Position numbers and translations under genes: made by a program
Shown: positions 19,155-26,425 of the stretch, in pieces
How positions within the stretch are numbered: position 1 is the stretch's first letter
How the letters are laid out: each line of letters opens with the position of its first letter
Origin: an uncultured Coriobacteriia bacterium
GTDB lineage: Bacteria; Actinomycetota; Coriobacteriia; Coriobacteriales; QAMH01
DNA: 33,101 nucleotides
Direction of reading: 5' to 3'
Assembly: GCA_902493755.1 (NCBI GenBank)
Contig: CABURF010000001.1
Location: 1 to 33,101 of the forward strand
Notes under the pieces: generated by a model
What the model saw: only the letters and a program-made list of their open reading frames with translations
Told to the model about the DNA's origin: nothing
Databases searched by the model: none

Positions 19155-20543
19155 TCATTTGTGGCGGACGACCTCGAAGCGCTGGAGGGCCGTGCCGGGC
19201 TCATGCGGGCTGATGCCACCCTTGCGCATGGCGATCTCGACCTGCTCGGCGACCGTATCCACGCCATCGAGCATGGGGAGCAACAGGCCGCGACGGCTAC
19301 CGTTGCTTACGATGACACCATAGCGTTGTGGGTCGAGCTCGTCGGTCGATGAAATGTCTTGCGGCTCGCCAAGCAGGTCGACGCTGATCTCGAGCTGGTC
19401 GAGCTCGTCGGGGCGCACCGGATCGAAACGCGGGTCCTCGTTGCATGCCGAGATGCCGTTGCGGATGATCTCGTCGGCGATGCACGGCGTTACGGAGCCG
19501 ATGGTGCCGATGCAGCCGCGCAGACGTCCGTGCTCGTGTAATGACACGAAGACACCTGCACGCTGCGTGAGCATCTCCTCGGGCAAACCGTCGGGCCGCG
19601 GAAGCGGCGTGTGCTGGCGCACGAAGTGCTCGACACTCGCACGGGCAAGCGAGACATACGGGTCCTCGTGCGCACGCGCCTGCTGCACCCGCATGCGTTG
19701 TTCCTCCTCGTAGCACACGTCAAAACGGCGCGCATCGTCGTCTCCTGTCACGACGAAGGATGCAATGGCATAACCCACACCAAAGGGTCCCTCGTAGGAG
19801 AGCAGGCGCGCATCGACGTCCTTGCCGTCGAGGGCGCCCGCCATGATCTGGAACGAGCGCAGGCCGCACTCGGCGGCCTTGTCGCAGAAGCTTTCATCGA
19901 AGCTCAGGATGCGCATGAAATCGCCCTGGGCCATCGCCTCGGTGATTTGCTCGTCGAAGACGGGGCCTTCGGGTGCGAAGCCATAGGGTCCGTCGTGCGT
20001 GAGCTTGTGCGAGAGGTCACCGCTCGCGACGAGTACCACGCGACGATCGAGTTGGTCTGCTGCCCGCGTGATGAGCTTGCCGAGGCGGTAGTGCTCCACC
20101 GGTCCGTAGCCCGATAGGCCAATGCGCACCACCTCGTAATCTTGGTAGAACTTGTCGATGAAGTAGAGGGGGATGTAGGTCGCGTGGTCGATGGAGGGGT
20201 CCCTTTCGCCCTCGGTGCCGGCGGGAAAGCCTTCGATGGAGGCAAGAGACGAGATACGCTCGACGAGTTCGGTATCGTACTTGCAGGAAAGCTCCGTGTC
20301 CAAGGCGTCGAAACGGAGCATGTCACCTTGGGCGCGCTTGCCGGGCGAGATGTGGAAATAATCACGATATGCCGTCGCATGCGGCGAAGTTACGACGATA
20401 GTTTGCGGCTCGAGTGCTGCTATTTGCTGTGACACTTCGTCGTATGCATCGATAGTCGCCTGGATACCCGCCTCCTTGCCACGCCCAACGGCGGGGATGA
20501 TGAGCGGGGGATGCGGAACGATGAATGCTGCCTGGAGTGCCAT
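19155..20543 (-). CDS. Fusion protein: N-terminal LigB/Memo-like class III extradiol-dioxygenase-fold domain + C-terminal AMMECR1 domain (AmmeMemoRadiSam system protein B/A)
   Basis: 462 aa. The N-terminus is AFIVPHPPLIIPAVGRG...VVTSPHA...ASGDLSHKL (LigB-type His pattern). The C-terminus is AGVFVSLHEHGRLRGCIGTIG...RGLLLP (AMMECR1 signature). GGAGG is present upstream of the ATG. Confidence 0.8.
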   Translation of the reverse strand: MALQAAFIVPHPPLIIPAVGRGKEAGIQATIDAYDEVSQQIAALEPQTIVVTSPHATAYRDYFHISPGKRAQGDMLRFDALDTELSCKYDTELVERISSLASIEGFPAGTEGERDPSIDHATYIPLYFIDKFYQDYEVVRIGLSGYGPVEHYRLGKLITRAADQLDRRVVLVASGDLSHKLTHDGPYGFAPEGPVFDEQITEAMAQGDFMRILSFDESFCDKAAECGLRSFQIMAGALDGKDVDARLLSYEGPFGVGYAIASFVVTGDDDARRFDVCYEEEQRMRVQQARAHEDPYVSLARASVEHFVRQHTPLPRPDGLPEEMLTQRAGVFVSLHEHGRLRGCIGTIGSVTPCIADEIIRNGISACNEDPRFDPVRPDELDQLEISVDLLGEPQDISSTDELDPQRYGVIVSNGSRRGLLLPMLDGVDTVAEQVEIAMRKGGISPHEPGTALQRFEVVRHK

Positions 20544-20617
20544 GGGAACCTCCTTGCGCGTGTCGGTGTGGTTATCCTAGCACGTGGGCAGGGGGGCGGC
20601 AGAGTGTGGACGAGGAG

Positions 20618-21868
20618 TTACTTCTGCCCTTCGTCGTCCTGCTCGGAGCCGTCTTCGTTGGCGTCTTGCTTCTTCTCGCGCTGCAGATCGTTTTTGAGGT
20701 CCCTGATGAGCTTGGGGGCCTTGCGGTTTTTCTTGGGTTTGGGCAGCTGGAAGAGCACGCCATCTTCCGTTGCGATCTTCTTGCCGGTGATAAGCTCGTA
20801 GTATGCGATGAAGATGCCCTGCAGGGCGCCGATGACGGGGATCGAGAGCAGCATGCCGGGGATACCGCCCAGGGCGCTGCCCACGAGGATCGCCACGAGG
20901 ATGAGTGCAGGGTAGACGTTGACTGAGCTCTTCATGAGCTTAGGCGAGATGATGTTGCCGATGACGTTGTTGATGACCATGTTGACCACGATCGAGATGA
21001 GACACACGAGGGGCGAGACGAAGAGCGCGATGATCGCGACGATTGCGCACGAGACCATGGGGCCGATGTAGGGCACGAAATACAGGATGCCGCATAGAAA
21101 GCCCAGGACCACGGAGTAGGGGATGCCAAGGATGAGGAAGCACAGCCAGCTCGCGACGCCCGTGATGAGCGCGCAGAGCAGGGTCGACTTGGCCCAGCCG
21201 TAGACGGCGGTGCCGAAGGCGTGGGTCACGACGTCGATGTCGTCCTGGTACTTCTCGTCCACGAGACCGCGCACCTCGCGCGTGAGCACGGGAAGGTCGA
21301 GCAGAATCCAGAAGGAGCAGATGAACGAGATGAAGGTGATGAGGATGACGTTGCCGACACCCACGATACCACCCATGACGCCATTTGCCAGACCGCTGGC
21401 CAGTGCACCCGCTTGCTGGCGGATGAAGGATGCTGCCTGCGTGAGCAGTGAGTTGATGTTCTCTCCGTCAAAGAACTGCGTCGAGGAACTTGCCTTGGTG
21501 ACGAAGTCCTGGATTTGCGAGAGATATCCGGGGAGCTGCTGGGTGAACGAGGTGAGCTGCTGGACGATGGCGGGGATGAGCACCATGAAGCAGGCCACGA
21601 TGATGGCGATGATAAGCAGGAAGGCGATGGTTGTGCCGCCCCAGCGGGGGATACCGTACCTCTGGAGCCTGTTCACAAAGCCGTGCAGCAGGAAGACGAG
21701 GAGGGCTGTCACGATGATGACGGCTACGGCCTGCCAGATGATGCCGGCGATGTAGAGCAGAATTCCGATGATGATGCAGATACCGACAATGGCCCAGGCT
21801 CGAAACGCCCGCAGACGCCACCTTGCCTCGACGGTTTCATTCGGTTCGGTGTCCATCGGGTTGTTCAT
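20618..21868 (-). CDS. AI-2E family transporter (PerM/UPF0118 permease)
   Basis: Multi-TM protein with the family-typical C-terminal core (FVPYIGPMVS...VNVYPALILVAILVGSALGGIPGMLLSIPV). The start was trimmed to the ATG at 21868 because the longer ORF overlaps a tRNA gene. It has a Lys/Glu-rich tail. Confidence 0.8.
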   Translation of the reverse strand: MNNPMDTEPNETVEARWRLRAFRAWAIVGICIIIGILLYIAGIIWQAVAVIIVTALLVFLLHGFVNRLQRYGIPRWGGTTIAFLLIIAIIVACFMVLIPAIVQQLTSFTQQLPGYLSQIQDFVTKASSSTQFFDGENINSLLTQAASFIRQQAGALASGLANGVMGGIVGVGNVILITFISFICSFWILLDLPVLTREVRGLVDEKYQDDIDVVTHAFGTAVYGWAKSTLLCALITGVASWLCFLILGIPYSVVLGFLCGILYFVPYIGPMVSCAIVAIIALFVSPLVCLISIVVNMVINNVIGNIISPKLMKSSVNVYPALILVAILVGSALGGIPGMLLSIPVIGALQGIFIAYYELITGKKIATEDGVLFQLPKPKKNRKAPKLIRDLKNDLQREKKQDANEDGSEQDDEGQK

Positions 21869-21894
21869 GACGGCTTCTATCTGCGAGAAATATC

Positions 21895-21987
21895 TGGCGG
21901 AGGAGGAGGGATTCGAACCCTCGTACCCGGGGTTACCGGGTAAACGGTTTTCGAGACCGCCGCATTCAACCACTCTGCCACCCCTCC
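21895..21987 (-). tRNA. tRNA-Ser (anticodon CGA), CCA encoded
   Basis: The reverse complement folds as a cloverleaf. Acceptor ggagggg/ctcctcc (one G-U), D arm gca...tgc, anticodon stem gcggt/accgt with loop ctCGAaa, long variable arm, T arm gaggg-ttcgaat-ccctc. A TATAAT (rc of 22017-22022) lies about 30 nt upstream. Confidence 0.88.
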
Positions 21988-22144
21988 GCATGGGGCCCCG
22001 TGTGGGTGCGGGGGTGATTATAACGCAAGACACCCTCAGCTGCCCGAAAATTGCGAGGTTGGCTCATATCGCACCAAAAAGTATACTTTCGATGAATGAA
22101 AACGGCTGAGACGCCCGTCCGGGGCGCTTACACAAGGAGAAGCG

Positions 22145-22678
22145 ATGTCAGATCAAGAAAACCTCGAGATGGACGATATTCTCGAGCGCATCACGTTCTA
22201 TTGCCTCGATACCGCGCAGGCAAAGCTCGAGGAGGGAGAAGAACTCACCCCGTTCACGGTTATCGTTGACGGAGACCAGATGTTCGAGGAGAACTTCCCC
22301 GGTGATGATGTGACGAGCTGCCGCGATGCTGCGGAGGCCAACGTCAAGTCCTCGAGCGCGTTCTCGTCGCACTACGCCTTCTGCTACGACGGTTTTCTCA
22401 TGACTGACGACGGACAGCTCGATGCCATCATTGTCGAGTGCGCCACGACCGAGATGGAGAAGGCCTACGTCATTGCCCGTCTGTACAAGCAGGAGGGCGA
22501 TACCCTCGTCTTCGAGGAAACGCCTGCTTACGTAGACGATATCGACACCTTTTATGACCTCGCTGCCGTGCGTGCGGCCAAGGCCCGCGCCGAGGTGCTT
22601 GCCAAGGAGGGCGACGAGATGGAAGAGATCCAGCAGCGTATCCAGACGCTGCTGGGTGGTGGGGGTTCCAAGGAGTAG
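22145..22678 (+). CDS. Hypothetical acidic cytoplasmic protein (177 aa)
   Basis: Clean ORF with AAGGAGAAG 4 nt upstream of the ATG. It is strongly D/E-rich and ends in GGGGSKE. I recognise no family motif. Confidence 0.6.
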   Translation: MSDQENLEMDDILERITFYCLDTAQAKLEEGEELTPFTVIVDGDQMFEENFPGDDVTSCRDAAEANVKSSSAFSSHYAFCYDGFLMTDDGQLDAIIVECATTEMEKAYVIARLYKQEGDTLVFEETPAYVDDIDTFYDLAAVRAAKARAEVLAKEGDEMEEIQQRIQTLLGGGGSKE

Positions 22679-22705
22679 CCATCACGGCTAGCAGCAGGCG
22701 TATTG

Positions 22706-23692
22706 ATGAAGACGATCAACACATACATGGACCGAGCGTGGGGGGATTTGGCCGCCGATGATGATTGGTGGAAGGCCACCCTCGTGCTTGGTCTCATGAA
22801 TTGTGTGCCCATCATTGGGCAGATCATCATGTTCGGGTACCTGTTTGACTGGGCGAAAGAAGCTGCCTGGGGTATGCATACGCCCCTGTCTCGAAAACTG
22901 GGAGATTTGGGCCGCTGCGCGCGGTACGGGTTTCTTGCGCTTTGGGTCATGTTCATCTGGGTCGCGCCCGTTGTGATTGCCGGGTTCCTGTTGGGTTTCA
23001 TTCCGGCTGTTGGTACCATTCTGCAGTTTCTCGTGGAGGTCTTCGCGGTGTTTGTTGCGGCCCTTGCCGCGGCGGGCGCCTTCCGCAGCATCATCTACGA
23101 GCGTGTGCTCCCCGGTTTGCAAATCAAGCGAGTCTTCAGAATGTTCCAGCGGGACCCAGGAGGATTTGGCCAGGCATTTTGCGTCATCCTGCTGGTGATT
23201 CCGCTGCTCGCCGCAGCGCTCTTCATTGTGTTGCTGCCGACCATCCCCTTCATCAGCGTCATCGCTTCGGTGGCCACGACGACGGTGCTCGGCACCGACC
23301 TCGTCCCGCTCGCGCTGCTTGGCGTGGTCACGATCGTGGTGGCGCTCATCGTGTGGGTTGCCGGCGCGCTCGTGAGTGCGTTCATATCGGCGCTCTACAT
23401 GCGCTCCCTCGGCTACTGGATGGAGCAGTTTAAGCCGGAAACTTGGCGGTCTCCCTCGATGCCCATGCCCTTCGAGGTCGATATGGCTGCCGAGAAGCAG
23501 GCCAGGCGCGAGGCAAAGGCCGCGGCGAAGAAGAAGCGCGGGCAGAAGCCCGAGCCCCCGGCTGACGAAGCCTCCGAGGACGCTGCCACACAGAATGCCG
23601 AGACAGAGGCCGAGGTGGCCACGCGCGTCGAGGGTGCGAGCGCGGATGACGAGGCCACGGCCGATGAAGCAGAGAACCAGGAGCAGGCATGA
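22706..23692 (+). CDS. Integral membrane protein, DUF4013-like, with low-complexity Lys/Ala/Glu tail
   Basis: The N-terminus (W..DDDWWKATLVLGLMNCVPIIGQIIMFGYLFDW) followed by several TM segments fits my recollection of DUF4013. ATG at 22706. The stop overlaps the next gene's start (ATGA). Confidence 0.6.
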   Translation: MKTINTYMDRAWGDLAADDDWWKATLVLGLMNCVPIIGQIIMFGYLFDWAKEAAWGMHTPLSRKLGDLGRCARYGFLALWVMFIWVAPVVIAGFLLGFIPAVGTILQFLVEVFAVFVAALAAAGAFRSIIYERVLPGLQIKRVFRMFQRDPGGFGQAFCVILLVIPLLAAALFIVLLPTIPFISVIASVATTTVLGTDLVPLALLGVVTIVVALIVWVAGALVSAFISALYMRSLGYWMEQFKPETWRSPSMPMPFEVDMAAEKQARREAKAAAKKKRGQKPEPPADEASEDAATQNAETEAEVATRVEGASADDEATADEAENQEQA

Positions 23693-24507
23693 CAGTTGAC
23701 ATTGACTGGGCCGCCGCTTGGAAAGAAGAGCAGCTGCGCCGGAACAATCCCGACAACGCGGACCTGTGGAACGAACGGGCGAAGGACTTCGCCAAGACCT
23801 GCGGCACAAGCCCCTATGCAGCGGCTTTTCTCGAGCGTGCTGCTATCAAAGACGGCGAGACCGTGCTCGATATGGGTTGTGGGTCGGGGACGCTTGCGCT
23901 GCCACTCGCGCGTGCGGGGCACGAGGTCTACGCCTGCGACTTCTCGCAGGGCATGCTCGACGCCCTCATGGAGGCGGCGTTTGCGGAAGGCATAGCCGAA
24001 CACATACATCCCATGCTGTTGGCCTGGGACGATGATTGGAATAGTGCCGGCGTTCCCGTTTGCGATGTCGCGCTTGCGTCGCGCTCGATCGCAACGGCCG
24101 ACATGCAAGCGTCACTCGCCAAGCTCGATGTCCGGGCTCGCAGGCGTGCGTGCGTCACGCTCACGACGGGGCTTTCGCCGCGCGTTGACCATGTGCTGCT
24201 CGAGGCAGCGGGGCGCGAATTGCCGCGCTACCCTGACTGCGTCTTCGCCTTCAACATACTCTGGGGTATGGGCATGCGCCCGGATCTGTCATATATAGAT
24301 AGTGCGCGTACAGACCGTTTCGAGAGTTTTGATGCAGCCATCGAGAAAAACGCTGCGCTCATGAAGCTGTCGGCTGAGGAGCGTGAGCGCCTGGTCAGCT
24401 ACTCGAAGCAGCACCTACACGAGCAACGTGAGCAAGATGGCGAGGCGTATTGGGAGTACGATCACCAGCGCGTGATCTCATGGGCGTTTCTTGCCTGGGA
24501 TAAGTAA
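23689..24507 (+). CDS. Class I SAM-dependent methyltransferase
   Basis: Motif I is ETVLDMGCGSGTLALPLARAG, followed by HEVYACDFSQGML. It is translationally coupled to the upstream membrane protein by a 4-nt overlap. Confidence 0.8.
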   Translation: MTVDIDWAAAWKEEQLRRNNPDNADLWNERAKDFAKTCGTSPYAAAFLERAAIKDGETVLDMGCGSGTLALPLARAGHEVYACDFSQGMLDALMEAAFAEGIAEHIHPMLLAWDDDWNSAGVPVCDVALASRSIATADMQASLAKLDVRARRRACVTLTTGLSPRVDHVLLEAAGRELPRYPDCVFAFNILWGMGMRPDLSYIDSARTDRFESFDAAIEKNAALMKLSAEERERLVSYSKQHLHEQREQDGEAYWEYDHQRVISWAFLAWDK

Positions 24508-24509
24508 CG

Positions 24510-24632
24510 AATGAGACAAAAGTCGCCGGGAGAGGAGACGAAGTGGGACAGATGGACAGGTCATTTGTCACACAAACCCCGGCGTGACAAATGACCTGTC
24601 CATCTGTCCCACTCGGCGGCTCCTGTCTCATT
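24510..24632. repeat. Composite nested palindromic element: AATGAGACA/TGTCTCATT termini enclosing an inverted pair of GACAAATGACCTGTCC units
   Basis: Outer termini are 24510-24518 and 24624-24632. The inner perfect 30-bp arms (24542-24571 and 24584-24613) are separated by acaaaccccggc. It begins 3 nt after the methyltransferase stop. Confidence 0.9.
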
Positions 24633-24665
24633 GCGCAGGTCAAGGGTCTGGCGCATCAATCTCGC

Positions 24666-24693
24666 TTGCCAATAGGCGGTTTTATGGCATAAT
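24666..24693 (+). promoter_or_regulatory. Sigma-70-type promoter for tRNA-Glu
   Basis: TTGCCA (24666-24671), a 16-nt spacer containing TGg, then CATAAT (24688-24693). The tRNA 5' end is 15 nt downstream. Confidence 0.5.
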
Positions 24694-24707
24694 GACCGCA
24701 CTGTTCT

Positions 24708-24783
24708 GTCCCCATCGTCTAGCGGTTAGGACGTCGGCCCTTCAAGCCGAAGATCGCGGGTTCGAATCCCGCTGGGGGCGCCA
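24708..24783 (+). tRNA. tRNA-Glu (anticodon UUC), CCA encoded
   Basis: Folds as gtcccca acceptor pairing with tgggggc, D arm tctagcggttagga, anticodon stem tcggc/gccga with loop ccTTCaa, T arm gcggg-ttcgaat-cccgc. Confidence 0.9.
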
Positions 24784-24793
24784 TTACATGTAC

Positions 24794-24830
24794 GGGCCCG
24801 CCAGATTGTTGAGCGGGCCCTTTTGTTTTT
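24794..24830 (+). terminator. Rho-independent terminator after tRNA-Glu
   Basis: gggcccgc (24794-24801) pairs with gcgggccc (24813-24820), followed by ttttgttttt. Confidence 0.85.
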
Positions 24831-24849
24831 GAGACGGAGAGGGGACATC

Positions 24850-25674
24850 ATGGAGCACATCATCACAAAGGCCAACGTAGATGAGGCCGTTGCGTTTGTT
24901 CGCGAGCATGCGCCCGTCGAGGACGGAGCCCTTGGCCTTGTTCTCGGAAGTGGTCTGGGTGAGTTGGTCAGCGCCATCGAGGGTGCCGTCTATGTCGACT
25001 ATGCCGAGATTCCGCACATGGTGTCGTCAACGGCACCATCGCATGCGGGTCGTTTTGTCATCGGCCTGCTCGCCGGTCGTCCGGTCATATGTATGCAGGG
25101 AAGGCTGCATGCCTACGAGGGGAACTCGCCTCAGCAGATTGCGTTTCCCATTTGCCTCATGCATGGGCTGGGGGTCACGGAGCTTGTGGTGACGAATGCC
25201 GCTGGTGGCATCAACACCAATCTCAATGTGGGTGATCTCATGCTCATCGAGGATCACATCAACCTTTTGGGGGCAAATCCCCTTGCCGCGCCGGATGAGC
25301 CGGAGCTCTTTCCCCGCTTCTACGATATGACCCAGGCGTACTCGCCCGCCTTGCGTGAGCGCGCGCAAAAATCTGCAGCATCCTGCGGAATCAGCTTGAA
25401 GAGCGGCGTGTATATCGCGACTCTGGGGCCATCCTTCGAGACACCGGCTGAAATCCGTGCGTTTCGTACCCTGGGGGCCGATGCCGTGGGGATGTCGACG
25501 GTGTTCGAGGTAATTGCCGCACGCGCGTGCGGCATGGAGGTGCTTGGCATTTCGATGATTTCGAATGCCGCCGCGGGCGTGCTCGACGAGCCGGTGAGCA
25601 TCGATGACGTGTACGTCGCGGCCGAGGCAGCGGTCGAGAAGCTTTCGCGGCTCCTTATTGCGTACGCGGGGTAG
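24850..25674 (+). CDS. punA: Purine nucleoside phosphorylase (trimeric PunA/PNP-I family)
   Basis: APSHAGRFVIG, GRLHAYEG, VVTNAAGGIN, LGPSFETPAE and AVGMSTVFEVI. ATG at 24850 is preceded by GGAGAGGGGA. The TTG-extended ORF from 24823 overlaps the terminator. Confidence 0.88.
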   Translation: MEHIITKANVDEAVAFVREHAPVEDGALGLVLGSGLGELVSAIEGAVYVDYAEIPHMVSSTAPSHAGRFVIGLLAGRPVICMQGRLHAYEGNSPQQIAFPICLMHGLGVTELVVTNAAGGINTNLNVGDLMLIEDHINLLGANPLAAPDEPELFPRFYDMTQAYSPALRERAQKSAASCGISLKSGVYIATLGPSFETPAEIRAFRTLGADAVGMSTVFEVIAARACGMEVLGISMISNAAAGVLDEPVSIDDVYVAAEAAVEKLSRLLIAYAG

Positions 25675-25685
25675 GGGCTGGGAAC

Positions 25686-25753
25686 TGGGACAAATGGACA
25701 GGTCATTTGTCCCACGAACCCCAGTGTGACAAATGACCTGTCCATTTGTCCCA
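25686..25753. repeat. Inverted pair of GACAAATGACCTGTCC repeat units (about 70-bp palindromic element), paralogue of 24542-24613
   Basis: 25686-25711 is the exact reverse complement of 25728-25753. The central segment contains the same AACCCC motif as the 24.5-kb copy. It starts 12 nt after the punA stop. Confidence 0.9.
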
Positions 25754-25885
25754 TCCAGTCGAGATGACAACGTGGAAACGAAATGACCACGCGCCGTCCA
25801 AGTTTCTTGTGGAGGGTCGGGCGAACGGTTATGGTTACTGAGGTAAGTTGTCTATAATGAGGCTATACCCGAAGGGAGGTGCGCA

Positions 25886-26410
25886 ATGGTACTCGTAAAC
25901 GTCGAATCGCTGGTAATCGGCCTTCTTCCCATGCCCTCCATCATCACGCTGCGCGTTGCTGAGCATCGCGAAGACATCCCCGAGGACCTTGTGCTTCCCA
26001 TCTGGATTGGCACCATGGAGGCGACGGCCATCGCCGCAGCCCTTGAGGGCAACGCAACGGAGAGGCCCATCACGCACGCCCTCACCATCGATCTGGTCGG
26101 CTCGCTGGGTGGCAACATCAGTCGCGTTGTCATCGACCGCGTCGAGGGGACGACCTTCTACGCCACTATATATTTGCGCTGCGCAAACGGGATGTTTACG
26201 CGCGTCGATGCGCGCCCGAGCGATGCAATTGCCCTGGCGGTTCGCGCAAATGCGCCGTTGTTCGTCGAGGAAGACGTCATGCGCTCTGCGGCTTGTCCGC
26301 GTGCGCTTACGCCTGGTCAGGACGAGCAAATAGAGCTCGAGGAGTTCGATAAGTTTATCGAGCATATTAGTCCTGAGGACTTCGTCACGCACGGTGGTGG
26401 CAAGGATTAG
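25886..26410 (+). CDS. Bifunctional nuclease family protein (BFN/DUF151)
   Basis: LPIWIGTMEATAIAAAL, TERPITHAL and VDARPSDAIALAVR are characteristic of DUF151. GGGAGG lies upstream of the ATG, and TATAAT at 25853-25858. Confidence 0.82.
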   Translation: MVLVNVESLVIGLLPMPSIITLRVAEHREDIPEDLVLPIWIGTMEATAIAAALEGNATERPITHALTIDLVGSLGGNISRVVIDRVEGTTFYATIYLRCANGMFTRVDARPSDAIALAVRANAPLFVEEDVMRSAACPRALTPGQDEQIELEEFDKFIEHISPEDFVTHGGGKD

Positions 26411-26425
26411 CTTCTACCGGCGGTT

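Noticed and set aside
19091-19267. N-terminal extensions of ORFs in the track (18371-19267, 20618-22033, 24823-25674, 29265-30059, 16976-17959)
   Set aside because: The extensions run through, respectively, a repeat hairpin plus the neighbouring gene's 3' end, a tRNA-Ser gene, a rho-independent terminator, and the dinG start codon. The ddl extension simply lacks an SD. In each case an internal ATG with a good SD gives the expected protein N-terminus.
22688-24108. Minus-strand ORFs of 373 aa (22688-23809) and 231 aa (23413-24108)
   Set aside because: They are shadow ORFs opposite the DUF4013-like membrane protein and the methyltransferase. The products are extremely Arg/Gly/His-rich and lack SD sequences.
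24542-25753. Possibility that the repeated 29-nt units are a mini CRISPR array
   Set aside because: The units are in inverted rather than direct orientation. Only two occur per locus, separated by 8-16 nt instead of about 30-nt spacers. The loci are 1.1 kb apart with genes in between, and no cas genes are present.
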